Of a DNA stretch of 64,000 bases, positions 1 to 12,800 are shown one piece after another; positions within the stretch are counted from its first letter, which is position 1, and every line of letters starts with the position of its first letter. Source of the DNA: Takakia lepidozioides (taxonomy: Eukaryota; Plantae; Bryophyta); contig CM060731.1 in the NCBI GenBank assembly GCA_030704615.1, positions 58,528,001-58,592,000 of the forward strand, read 5' to 3'. Position numbers and translations under genes: made by a program. The notes beneath the pieces are model-generated. The model was not told the origin of the DNA, did no database searches, and saw nothing but the letters and a program-made list of their open reading frames with translations.

Positions 1-1470
1 ACCGATGTCAAACCAAGGCAAATTGTCATGGGCAACAATACGAGTGTGATCTCATCAAAGGAAGGAGATGTGGTTTTGGGATGTGTTGCAGGAGTCAACT
101 ACACCTTGACCGATGTATGTGCCAAAAACCAGTAAGAACTTGATCTCTGTAAGCTCACTCACAGGCAAAGGTTTCGTGGTCAACTTTGGCCACACAGAAT
201 GTCAGATAGGTCAAGTAATCTGTAGGGCAATACAAGAGAGCAAGTTGTATAAGGTCCTTCGTCTATTGAGGAACATAGACTCTACTGCATTGGTAGGTTT
301 GGTCCCAGAAGACTCTAACGGGTTGAGTTTTCCATGAGCAGTGAGCAGGTTTTGCGGAGCAGTGCCGAACTTAAGGGAATATTCATGGAATATATGAAAT
401 ATCCAAAGAATATTCTCCTGAATCAGTGCCGAGCCTATGTGGAGGAATATTTTGTGAAAGAATATTCTTCCGAACCTGTTCCGAGCCTATGCCGAACCAG
501 TTCGGACCACTTTCGAACCTATGGCACTGTTCGGCGCCGAACTGTGCCGGCACCTACGTTTTCTAGAAAACAGTTTTTTTTTTTTTTTTTCCCCTTAAAT
601 GTTTTTTTTAGTGTATGAAATGGTGTTCGGTGCCGAACCTTCAACATTTGAGCGGTCATATACAACATAAATTTAGTAAAAATCTCATTTGGAATCCAAA
701 ATGGGAATATTCTATAAACCGAACCTATCCTGAACTTGGAAGTGGTTCGGCAAACAAGTCCGAGCGGTTCGATGACGTTCGGCAAAACGTGCTCACTGCT
801 CATGGATTTTCAGCCCCCGTGACGCGCACGAGGGTTGTAGGAACTCGTAAGTTTCTGGGTCAGTTGTTTGGAGGGGAAACAACATAAAACGCTGTTGCCT
901 AGCAAGCCTAAAAGTCAGGAACGTGACACTTTGGGACTGATTCACACATATGTGTGTGGTCCTATGATGTCACCAAGTATTGGAGGGGGGAGGTACTTTG
1001 TATCTTTAACAGATGACAAGATACGGAAAAGCTTTACGTACATAATGATGGAAAAATCAGAAGGCTCAACAAGTTGTAGCAGTTCATCGCAGACCTTAGA
1101 TTATCTGGTATATGCATGTGGGTTGCACATCAAAAAACTCTTCGGATGACTAATATCATGTTTTCGGGAGTTCCAAGCTTCACTCGGTGTCTTACTGCTC
1201 AAGGCCGTTGTTGGACTCAAAATTTCATAGGTAGGTTGCACTGTTGAGCGCCTCAGTCCAATACTCCTTGCCGAGGCCTGATTGTGCCAACATGCTTCTC
1301 GTTTTCTCCAACAACGTCATGTTGGGCCGCTCAGCAACACCGTTCTGTTAAGGACTGTTTCTTGCACTAAGCTGCAACTTGATACCTTTCTGTGCCAGAA
1401 ACACCTTCATAGCCTAGTTAACATACTCTCCTCCTCCGACCTTATGATTTTTGACTTTTAAGTCAAGTTC
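1..1470 (+). mobile_element. Decayed Ty1/copia pol fragment (post-protease region, GAG-pre-integrase, integrase core); 1063-1470 is inverted
   Basis: The + strand reads YVPKTSKNLISVSSL...CLEGKQHK...LGLIHTYVCGPM...GGGRYFVSLTDD...MEKSE. The - strand of 1063-1470 continues the integrase core (GGEY...QNGVAER...YWTEALNSATYL...KTPSEAW) with stops. Confidence 0.9.
333..804. mobile_element. Non-autonomous hAT-like MITE inserted in the copia pol
   Basis: TIRs CATGAGCAGTGAGCAggTTTTGC / GCAAAAcgTGCTCACTGCTCATG, with many internal CCGAAC motifs. Flanks are GAGTTTTC / GA-TTTTC (8-bp TSD with a 1-nt deletion). Copia sequence rejoins on removal. Confidence 0.8.
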
Positions 1471-1510
1471 CATATTAGTGGTATCTAAAAAAGTTACTAT
1501 TTTTTAAATC

Positions 1511-3095
1511 AAGCGACCACCCATATTGGCGGTCGCTTGTAATTTAATATTTTGTTAAATTAAGCGACCACCTATATTGGCGGTTGCTGGCAATTTATGA
1601 AGTTTTAAATGAAGCGACCGCCCATATTGGCGGTCGCTCGCAATTTACTATATTTTAAATTAAGTGACGGCCTATATTGGCGGTCGCTTGAAAATTATTA
1701 TTTTTAAAAATTAAGCGACCGCCCAGATTGGCAGTCGCTCGTAGTTTAAAAATATTTAAAAAAATGCAGCGACCGCCATTCGCAGGCCGTCGCATATTCT
1801 TATTTTTATTCTAAAATTAAGCGACCGCCGTTTGGCGGTCGCTTCTTTAAATTTTTTTTAAAAATACAGCGACCGCCATTGTTTTATTTTTGTAAATTTA
1901 GCGGCCGCCATTTAGCGGCAATTGCTCTTTTTTTGAAAAACTTTAAATGAAGCGACTGCAACTACGGCAGTCGCTCTTGTTTAAAAAATATATAAAGCAA
2001 CCGCCAATACGGCGGTCGCTCTTTTTCGGTTTTCAAAATAATGAAGCGACCGCCAATACGGCTGTCGCTGTTTTTTTTTTTTTTTTTTAATGAAGCGACC
2101 GCCCCTACGATGGTCGCTCATTTTCGTTTATTAATTTTAGAAATGAAGCGACCGCTATATGGGGGTCGCTCTTTTTTTCTTTTTTAGAAAACTGAAACGA
2201 CCGCCAATACGGCGGTCGCTCCTTTAAGTTTTTTTATGATTTTTATTTTCCAAAAAAAAAAAAGTCAAATTTTAGAATAAGTTTTTTTTAATTTTAAAAA
2301 AAATGAAGCGACTTCGCTTTTTAAGAAAGTGAAGCGACCACCAATACAGCGGTAGCTCCTTTAATTTATTTTTTAAATTATAAATTATTTGTTTTTAATG
2401 AATAAGTTTTTATTTCTTAAAAAAATCAAGCGACCGCTTGATGGCGGTAGCTCTTTTTCGCTTTTTAAGAAACTGAAGCGATTATTGGCGGTCGCTCCTA
2501 TAAGTTTTTTTCAAGAAAATAATAATAAATTTTTAGTATTTAAAAAATGAAAAAAATGAATCGACCGCCCTATGGCAGTCGCTCTTTTTCGATTTTTTAA
2601 AAAACGAAGTGACCGCCACTACGGCGGCCGATCCTTTAAAGTTTTTTTTAAAAAAAATAAAATAAAATAAATTTAATTGTTTTTATTTTTAAAAAAACAA
2701 AAAACAAACTGGAGGGACCGCCATACGGCGGTCGCTCTTCTTTGCTTTTTAAGAAACTGAAGCGACCGCCAATTTGGCGGTCGCTCATTTACGGTTTTTT
2801 TTGCAATTTCTTTAATTTATATATATAATTTAAAATGAAGCGACCGCCACTACGGCGGTCACTCTGTTAAGTTTTTCTGTAAAGTGAAGCGACCGCCCTA
2901 TGGCGGTCGTTCTTTTTTGTTTTTATTAAATGAAGTGACCGCCAATACGGCGGTCGCTCTTTTAGATATTTTTTTAAATGAAACGACCACCATATGGTGA
3001 TCGTTCTTTTTTATATTTATAAAAAATGATGCGACCGCCCAATGGCGATCGCTCTTTTTTGTTTTTTTTTTAATGAAGCAACCGCCTATACGACA
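1511..3095. repeat. Array of palindromic GCGACCGCC-N4-7-GGCGGTCGC units with AT-rich spacers (CACTA-type subterminal repeat region)
   Basis: Dozens of imperfect hairpin units with roughly 50-60 bp periodicity. Confidence 0.8.
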
Positions 3096-4159
3096 ACGTC
3101 ATGTTAGTGCATGATGCTGACCCTGAGTGGGGTCTGGAGAAAGGAGTGATAAAGATTTATCAGGTGGCCTGTAGTGTAATACTGTTGCGTCCAGTGAATT
3201 GACAAACTGCTAGTAGGAGGAACGCAACGATAAATACCATTTCGTCGACATCCCGAACACGTTTGGAACACCCCCGGCTATGATACTGGGCATGCCCGAG
3301 GTACCGGTGCAACAAGTATCTGGAACGTTAGAGGATGAACTGGTGGAAACAAAACAGCGAGTCTGAACCATGCAGGACCTTGTGGGATGACAAAGACTTC
3401 GCATAGCCGAATTGATGATACATTGCAAAACAAGCCTCGAAACAATGAAGGCACTGTCCATAATGATATTCTAACGAACGACGTAGATATGTCCGCGGAG
3501 TTTACAATGTCAGATCGCAGTATTGACCGCATCATTGTCGGAATTACGGACGTGTTTGATCCTCGTCACGTCGTGAGATTTTGCAAGAAAGTCAACTTTC
3601 GCCGCAAAATAAGCGGATGCTGGTCAAAATTGATCGCATTGACCACGAGATCACGGTCCGAGGCTCTCTGTATTGGCAGTGCAAATCAGGCCACAACATC
3701 GCATCCCTTGTCCCCCGGATAGTGACGACGAGGATTCGAATGAGTAGCAACGTAGTACATAGACAATGTGGATTTTTATTGTACCTTGAATTTCTGGAAC
3801 ACATTGATAGCACTCCGCCAATTTTGTATATGCACCAATTTTGTTAATACACATGTGCGGCACCTGCAAATTTCAATTGCATGAACAGCGTAACGCGTTT
3901 TCTTCCGATTTTGCAAGAAGTGGTTCACCCTCAAATTTACAATGATGTAATATTTGGTCATGACGTGTATGTGGGTATCTGCAATGAACTCCGAAAGATA
4001 GGCAACAAGAAAAATGGATGTTAATCAATAAGTTATAACGAGTTACGAACGCTCGTCTTCTTGACAATTTCGCCTAGTCTCATATTTCATAATCATGTCG
4101 AAAATTCGTCTACGTATGAAGAACATACCCACAAAGTTATCGAAGCACAATATAATTTC

Positions 4160-4995
4160 GATTGATCTCATATTACTCTAGGACCTGTCAGATGGTAGAT
4201 TGGACATATTGGCCAAGTCTCGAAGCGAACGAAATCATTTGGATAGGCAACCATCCATTAGTCTATTGGACGAATTTCGTTTCATCTCATATTACTTTGG
4301 GACCACTTAGATGGTACATTGAGCACACTGGCAAAGTCTGAAAGCGAACCAAAATCATTCGGATGGGCAACCATCCGTTCAGCCATCGAATGAATTTTGG
4401 ATTGATCTCATATTAGTCCGGGACCTGTGAAAGGGTGTACTAAACGTATTGGCAAAGTTTGAAAACAAACAAAAATGATTTGGATGGGCAACCATCCGTT
4501 CAACCGTTGGATGAATTCCGTTTGATATGCTATTACTCTGGGACCTGTTGGACGGTGTTTCGGGTGCACATGATTTATTTTTTCATTCCGTTTTTTAGTC
4601 ATATGTCTAATGACGGCATCTGCAACGTGCTGCCAAGTTTCATAGCGAACAAAAGTCATTAGGACCCAAAACCACAGTTTCTTCCCTAATTTTGCACTCC
4701 AAACTTCATTTGTCTTCTACTTCATGCACTCTTCATAGAGAGTTCTGCAATAGTGAGCAAAGTGAACACTTTAAAAAAAATAAAAAAATTGGTTTGGTCC
4801 AAAATTTTGTAAAGATGTAGCAGTGGGAAGATAGAAGCCAGAGAACAAGATTGAGCCAAAAATAAAATTGTTATATAGCAGAAAACCCCAATCAAATCCA
4901 ATGTAAACCTAATTATTTGCTTGAAATTCATTTACACTCATTTTAATTGTAAATTGGTGGAAGGGCGATAGCGTGGTTAGGGAGACAAATGTTTG
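4160..4995 (+). repeat. Left arm of an ~830-bp inverted repeat containing ~120-bp tandem subunits
   Basis: Reverse complement of ~7900-8750. ORF 4459+ and ORF 8232- give near-identical peptides. Confidence 0.85.
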
Positions 4996-5149
4996 TTTCA
5001 AGCTTCAATGCACCCTTGGCTATACTAGAAGTCTCCGTTACCATATAACCGTATGGCAAACAAGACTGGAAAGGTGTTCTTGGTGTGAGTTTGATCCACA
5101 GAATATCCTTTGGAATCCAATTCTTTACCAGAACAAGTTCCTCATGCAT

Positions 5150-7590
5150 ATGAGATCGAAGGGAGGGCCTTTACACGCCAGGGCGGCACCCGGTGCTCCA
5201 AAAAGAAAAATAGGTGCGACGGCACATGGCGGACAGATGACGACCTTTGATGGGGGTGTGCTTTAATTGCATGGAGACTAGACACGTGGCCAAAAAGTGC
5301 CAGTTGAACGTGACAACGGCGACCACGGAGCTTTCCGAAGACTCCATCAACCGCTTGGTGGAGGCAGTGGTCACCAAGACTTTGCAAGGTAGGCGACTAC
5401 ACGTGTGAACCGGTTCCAGGAGGCTGGAACATCACATAGCGGAAGCCACTTCATGCTCATAAAGTTTTCAACGAGCACGTTGGTTACCAACACTGGTTTA
5501 TGTGATAGCATTGCTATCCATTAAGCGAGTTGAGTTTGAAGGCTGGGAGGAAAAGAAGGTGAATGTTTATCTGTCGCCGTGTGGCTTATCCCATTTATTT
5601 TCCGACCAGAATCAATCACATTCCCGTCGGACCTTCTTGTGGTTCAGCTCCGTACGCCCCTGTCTTTCACCCCTAAGGACATCCAAGAAGCATTTAGCCA
5701 TTTCAACTCGTTCAAAGTCTTGGTGGCCTCTCCTCCAACTTCCGCCTAGCCCATGGGGCCAGTCCCGCCACAAAGTTGAAGACCATTTCTGGTTTTGTCA
5801 TGTCCGCGACTTCAAACAACAACATTGAAAGCCTAAACATATCCTCGAATATCATTTGTTTTGCTTCAAGTTCCTCATTTTATCCTAGGCAAGCCAGCAC
5901 GCGGTGAGAGGTACAAACTGTTTTTTCATTAGTTCCTTGAACTCACCCCAACTCAAGAGCTCAGGGTTTGGCCATTGGTTATTAAGACGCTTCTGCCACC
6001 ATTGTTGAGCATAGCCCCTCAAATAGGTGGGAATCACTTCCACCCGATCCTCGTCACTCAGCTTGGCCGCCCGGAAGTATTGCTCCAGCTCCAAGAGCCA
6101 AGTGTTGAGTGCCCTCCGATTTCGGACGCCCTCGAAGGTGTCGGGTTCCTTAGGTTTCACCTTAAACTTCGCCTTAGGTTGAAGTGGCATTAGCCGCCCT
6201 CATCACGTCTTTCAACGTCCCGCCAAACTGTCACTACAACAGATCGCGGTATTTAAGACTGTATATATGACTATTCTACAGTCATAAACGGTACATATGA
6301 CTTCTATGACTGTAAGTCGTGCAAACCAAGTGAATACAATGAGTACAGGATAGTACGGTCCGGAGGACTACAGTCAGATGAACCAAGTGATATCTCTCAC
6401 TGCAGTCATATATACCATACTGCAGTCGCCGCTGTCGCGCCACGTGGCGAGACGCAATTGATTAAAAAAATTAAAATTAAAATTAAAATTAAAAAATTAA
6501 AAACATATGTCAGACGCCGCGTCGCACCGCATTGTGCCACGTGGCATAATGCATTTTATAATAATGAAAAAACCACATGGCAACCCATCTAGGGTACCAC
6601 GTGCTATCCCCAGCTTGCCTACTAACCCTAGGGCCATCTTATCCATTTGATTATACTTAGAGGAGTTTGAACCTGCAACCTCTTTACTATAAGAGTTATA
6701 GTTCACTACCTGCTAACCAATACACCCATTAGTCATTCATGTGATCATATGGTATTTTAATTGTATTATACACACCAAATTACAAAATCCCCAGTAGTCA
6801 TCATGACTATGTAACCTCATCCATGTACACTGTAGTCATGGAAATGACTATGAATGGTGAGCTAAATCTGGTCAATTGCCGTTGACCAGCCTTCCGCCCG
6901 TTCCGGAGCCATGTAGTCATTTATATGACTACAGTCGTATGAACGACTGCGGGAGGTCAAATTCATATAAAAACATAGTGCAGTCATAACCATGACGACC
7001 ACGGTTTGGCAGTCATAACTACCGCGATCTGTTGTAATGTGCACCAGAAGGCCTTCCCAGAAAGTTGGTGGCATTAGCGGCATCTGTTGGAAGGGCGGGT
7101 CTCTCGGAGAGTCCTCAGGCTCCAACTCCCCAAATGTTTCTTGCTCTTGAGCGGCCTTGCTTTCAGAAGCATAAATAGCCTTTTTTGTTTGTCGCTCCGG
7201 CATCACGTCGGCCCCACCGAGCTCACTAGGATCATCGGCTTTCGGGCCGTTACGCTTTTGCTTGGTCTTGCTCGGCCCCATGGTGAGGCCAATCCCAAGG
7301 GCGATCGCATACTGAACTCTAGGCTCTGATATCAAGTGTTGCGCACCTCACTTTGGTAAACTCCCCTTCAAGTCATAGTTACTCGCTTTGATGCGCGTGT
7401 CTAACTCCCAACCTGGCCGTCGGGCCAACTCGGAGCTTCGACTTCTCACCAGGGCATAACGGTCCCTATTGCTCCGTCATAGGACCCTCAAACTATCGGG
7501 CCCAATGGAAATTCCCTTTGATTGATGGCAATCCGGAATAGCTCCCACACCTTGGTCGCTTACTCACTAGCTTTTGGTCACTCAATGGGC
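5150..7590 (-). mobile_element. Relic of a chromovirus (partial 5' LTR, PBS, gag) related to the element at 26212-33177
   Basis: KPKEPDTFEGVRNRRALNTWLLELEQYFRAAKLSDEDRVEV is nearly identical to the gag at ~32 kb. A degenerate Met-PBS (GCTCTGATATCA) lies at ~7323, with the LTR from 7337. Gag piece 5150-5460 is flipped to the + strand. Confidence 0.9.
6232..7039. mobile_element. Non-autonomous CACTA (En/Spm) element
   Basis: TIR CACTACAACAGATCGCGGT / ACCGCGATCTGTTGTAaTG. 3-bp TSD TGT/TGC. Subterminal TAGTCAT/ATGACTA repeats. It interrupts the chromovirus gag. Confidence 0.92.
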
Positions 7591-7599
7591 TTGCACTGT

Positions 7600-8910
7600 T
7601 CCAAATTCGTCCAGTGTGCCAACGGAGGGTTGCCTATCCAAATGATTTTCGTTCGTTTCGAGACTTGGCCAGTATGTCCAATGTACCATCTAACAGGTCC
7701 CAGAGTAATGTGAGATCAATCGAAATTTGTTCAATGGGCCAAGGCGATCACGTGTCATCCAATTTTGTTCATTGCGATAAAGAAATCATGTTATGGGTGA
7801 ACGGGTAATGCACCCATTGAACGGATGAGGTTGAGGCTCATCTTTTGCCCGCATGTGCTTGAATATGTGTGCAACACATGTGCGGAAAAACAAGAGAAGC
7901 AACAAACATTTGCCTCCCCAACCATGCTCTCGCCCTTCCACCAATTTGCAATTAAATTGAGTTTAAATAAATTTCAAACAAATAAATAGGTTTACATTGT
8001 CTTTGATTGGGGTTTTCTGCTACATAACAATTTTATTTTTTGCTCAATCTTATTCTTTTGCTTCAACCCTCTCACCGTTACATCCCTGCAAAAATTTGGA
8101 CCAAACAAAAATGATTTTTTTAAAAAGTGTTATCTTCGCTCACTATTGCAAAACTCTTTATAAAGAGTGCATGAAAAGAAGACAAATCAAATTTGGAGTG
8201 CAAATTAGAGAAGAAACTGTGGTTTTGGGTCCTAATGACTTTTGTTCGCTACGAAATTTGGCACGCACGTTGTATATGTCGTCATTAGACATATGGCTAA
8301 AAAATAAAATGAAAAAAAAATCATGTGCACCCGAAACACCGTCCAACAGGTCCCAAAGTAATAGCATATCAAACGGAATTCGTCCAACGGTTGAACGGAT
8401 GGTTGCCCATCCAAATCATTTTTGTTTGCTTTCAAACTTTGCTAGTACATTTGGTACATTTGGTACACCCTCTCACAGGTCCGGGACTAATATGAGATCA
8501 ATCGAAATTCATTCGATGGCTGAACGGATGGTTGCCCATCTGAACGATTTTGGTTCACTTTCAGACTTTGCCAATGTGCTCAATGTACCATCTAAGAGGT
8601 CCCAGAGTAATATGAGATGAAACGAAATTCTTCAAATGAGCCAACAGATGGTTGCTCATCCAAATGATTTTCGTTCGCTTCGAGATTTGGCCAGTACATC
8701 CAATGTACCATCTCACAGGTCCCAAAGTAATATGAGATCAATCGAAATTCATTCATTAGGCCAATGAGGTGATCACGTGTCATCCAATTTTGTTCATTGC
8801 GGAAAAAAAATCTTGTCATGGATGAACGACCAATGCACCCATCGAACGGATGAGGTTGAGGCCCATCTTTTGCCCGCATGTGCTTGAATATGTGTGCAAC
8901 ACATGTGCGG
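7600..8910 (-). repeat. Right arm of the inverted repeat, plus a direct duplication (7620-7890 vs 8640-8910)
   Basis: Direct visual alignment with 4160-4995 and within the region itself. Confidence 0.8.
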
Positions 8911-9728
8911 ATCAAGGTGTACGGGATTTAGCCTTTTAAGAGTGGTTCACCCCACAACGTGCAATACACCTCAGTCGCCCTATGTTGGAAATGCAAGTTC
9001 ATGCAAGACCTGAAGTCCGCACAATTGTTTCTGGTTTGCACCACATGCCTAGGTCTAGGCCACAATCGATTGATGTGACACCATTTCACGAATTTTTTGC
9101 ATCTCGTGCTCGGCTACCTGAACTCTTTCGGAAAATCCTCTCATCCATCTTCTGTTAGTATGTTAAAGTCATCATATACTTCCCAATTCAAGTCATGCCT
9201 TGACCATTTGATTTTCTTAGGGGGCAGTCCATGTTCATAAGGGTCATCTATTCCATGACGCTAATTGTCCTGGCCCTCTGCCATTTTGTAACAATTGGAG
9301 CAACCCTAAACGACGTTTAATAATAAGTAACGGAAAATTAAACACTATTAAAGCAAACGTGGAAATGACTAAGAATTAATGAACTGCGATCTCGATCGAA
9401 AAATTACAATTGACCCTAAACCCATAACACGAAACGGGTTTGCATAAGTGCCATAATAATTATTAAAAGCTAATTTTGTAGAATGAAATGTTCTCGTAGG
9501 CAGAGGAGGGGCTATAGGAGCATTCTGCAACGATTTCACATAAATTGCAGCAAAAAAATCCCCCCCAGCCAATGGTCTCCTTCTCCACGTGACTACGTGT
9601 CATGGAATAGTTACATGTCACGTACATATAAGTTGTGTGGAGAGGAAGTGAGGGGAGAATGAGCCTCCCTTGGCTTATCCCCCCCCCCCTTTCATTCATC
9701 GGTCCAAGCAGAAGGCACAACTTCTAGA

Positions 9729-11040
9729 AGCGACCGCTATCATGGCGGTTGCTACATTTAAAAAAAACAACAAAAAAACGACCGCCAGTAATAGCGGTCG
9801 CTCTATTTTTTTTTAAAAACAATAAAAGCCAGTAACGACGGTCGCTCTATTAAAATAAAAATTAAAAAAAAAACGACCGCCGTTACTGGCAGTCGCAACA
9901 TTTTTAGAAGTTAAAAATATACAAGCGACCACCAGTAATGGCGGTCGTTCTATTTAAATAAAAAAATAAAATAAAAGCGACCGCCATAACTGGCGGTCAC
10001 AGCATTTTCAGAAATTAAAAATATACAAGCGACCGCCAGTAATGGCCGTCGCACTATTTAAAAGAATAAAAAAACAAAAGCGACCGCCAATAATGGCGGT
10101 TGCTCTATTTTTGTTTTAACAAAAAAAATGCGACCGCCAATACTGGCGGTCGCTGCATTTTCAGAAATTAAAAATATACAAGCGACCGCCAGTAATGGTG
10201 ATCGGTCTATGTTTTTTTTTTTTTAAATGACCACCAATAATGGCAGGCGCTCTATTTTAAAAAATAAAAAATAAAAGTGATCGTCATCACTGGCGGTCGC
10301 TGCATTTTTAGAAATTAAAAATATACAAGCGACCGCCAGTAATGGCGGTCGCACTATTTATAAAAAATAAAAAATAAATGTGACCCAATTACTGGCGGTC
10401 GATGCATTTTCTGAAATTAACAGTATTTTTAATATTTTAAAATATTTTAAAATATTTTAAAATAAAGCGACCGCCATATTATGGCAGTCGCTGTTTTTTT
10501 CTTTTTTTCTTTTTTTTTCTTTTTAAATATATTTAAAATAAAGCGACCGCCATATTATGGCAGTTGCTGGTTTTTTTATTTTTAAAATAAAGCGACCGCC
10601 ATATTATGGCAGTCGCTGGTTTTTTTTAATATTTTTTTAAAATAAAGCAACCGCCATATTATGGCGGTCGCTTGCTTTTTATATATTATTGAAAACAAAC
10701 GAGTGTCAATTCTGGAGGTCGCTTGTTTTTTATATATTTTCAAAATTATGCGACCAATACGGAGGTCGTTATTTTTCTTTTTTAAATTAGACGACCGCCA
10801 ATGCGACCGCCAATTTTGTTTTTTTAATAATAAAAATTAAGCGAACGCCATGTTGGCGGTCGCTGTTATTTCTATAATTCCGAAATATAAAGCGATCGCC
10901 AAAATTGGCGGTCGCTCTTATTTCTAAATTTCCGAAATATAAAGCGACCGCCAGAATTGGCGGTCGCTTTCATTTTATTATTTTCCACGACGTGGCTGCT
11001 TAAGTGACAATATTTTACCTGGTACTTTTTTTTACTAGAA
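9729..11040. repeat. Second GCGACCGCC/GGCGGTCGC palindromic array ending in a degenerate CACTA-like terminus
   Basis: Same unit as 1511-3095. Ends TTTTTTTTACTAGaa, resembling the reverse complement of CACTAGTAAAA. Confidence 0.75.
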
Positions 11041-12800
11041 TATTCTCGGAACCTGACGTGATGGAGGTTCGTTAGCGTCAAGTCTGACGTGACCTGACGC
11101 TGACGGAAGGACGTGATGATGATAACCGGGCTTCACAAGGAAAGTACTCTCGAATCCAAACGGAAATACTTCGTTGTATTCCTTCGTGAGCCTTTTCTCC
11201 ATCTTCTCGCACTTTTCTTTGTCGAAAATCTCCCCAGCTTTGGGTCTCTTGTTATCTGTCATCAATGCTGGATCCCGATCCTCCTTCTGTTTCTTCTTTC
11301 TTGTGGAAGTCCCGGCCTCATTGTTATCATTCCCGGCAGTCGACAACTTGCGTTTTTTCTTCTTCGGCTTCGATGCTTCCTCCAGTGTTCGCTTCTTGCG
11401 AATGTCGTTCCCCATTGCATGCAGAAGATCCCGAAAAATACTCCAGGCCCTCGACAAACCTACGTCGGTAAATACTGACCCATCGTCGAGAAATCTAAAA
11501 CCCAGTCCAATGCATTCACATCAACGACTTGTTCAGACGACCCACCTCCACTTTGAAACCAAACGTCCTGGGGGTTTTCGCATCCTCATATAGGAACAAA
11601 ACCAACATCGGGTTTTCCTCTTCAGATTCAAGCTCTATATCGAGAGTTTCTGCGTATTTTAAGTCTGTTATTATAATAAAAATACAGCTTGTGATCAGGA
11701 GGTGTACCCACAGGGACGATGCCCCAATCTGTCACCTCTGGGTTTAGCTCAAAAATTGCGGTATGGTCAGTTTTGAAATTTCAGGACTTCCGGCATTTGA
11801 ATGCACCACAAATATCTCCAATCAATCCCGCGACGTAATCTGGTAGTGTAGGATGTCTTTTGTTACAATCATAGATAATCAAATAACAAGATCTCTCTTA
11901 CTAGTATCCATCATTCCAGTGGAGGTTCGTATGTACGAGGCTTTCTACATGAAAGGAGAAATCTTCCATATTATACAGATGTTGTAGAAAGAAACTTTAA
12001 TGAAAATGAGGCTCAGGAGCCATTGAATATGTCATCCTGCAACATGACAAATCTATAAATGAAATCTTTGAAACAAATTCCTCCAAAAAATACTCATGGA
12101 CTTCTCGCGCAGAATTCGTTTACTATATTCAAACAAGTCAAGGTTATATACCCAACAACTACAAAATGCTCCTTCTGATCTCCCTGAGTATATCAGGCGA
12201 ATAGCCTGGAGGGGTATATTTTTGGGATTCGGTGACACTATCAGGAGACGCAGGGGAGTATCCTGGAGATCCGGAGACTCTTAGGGTTCCAGGACTCCCT
12301 GTCTTGTTGCAGTGTCCAGAGAAAAGTTTGGAGGGTAATATCCTGCAAATCCTGTGGTGGATACAGGAGATGCGGGCGAGTAACCCGGAGATGTAGGAAA
12401 TCCAAAAACGGTCTCTCGTATCGCCGCCAATGTGTCCGAGGAATAGTCTGGAGGGGTGTATGTCGGATAATCTTGGTAATAGGACGGAGATCCGTAGACA
12501 TCAGTGTTTTCATGAACGCTATCTCTTATTTCCGTCAGGGTATCCTTGGAGTAGTCTTGAGGTCTATTGTTGGGAGATTCGGCTGCGTTTCGCGGGGATT
12601 GTACGGTCACATTTTCGTCAATCCCAGACACTTTGTTCGGCTCGGTAGACCCCCAACTGGATTTCTCATCTGCTTTCAAAACATCATGTTCTTGATCTAG
12701 ATGGTCCGCTTCCATCACGTCTACCGAACACCGTCTCTTGCTGCACTTTAAGCTGACGGTCTTGTACTCATCGTCAGACACCGGTCCCCACCCACGCTCA
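11035..12800 (-). pseudogene. Degenerate coding remnants of unknown, probably TE-borne protein(s) (Lys-rich NLS-like stretch; S/P/Y-rich segment)
   Basis: ORFs 11035-11457 (KPKKKKRK...FPFGFESTFLV) and 12281-12781 are protein-like but broken. No family recognised. Confidence 0.35.

Noticed and set aside
1511-3095. CRISPR-like look of the palindromic repeat/spacer arrays (also 9729-10970)
   Set aside because: Repeats are degenerate, spacers are low-complexity A/T tracts of variable length, there are no cas genes, and the context is eukaryotic TE DNA.
3100-4150. Transposase, RING or viral gene call
   Set aside because: Only vague motif resemblance in broken frames, so no family can be supported.
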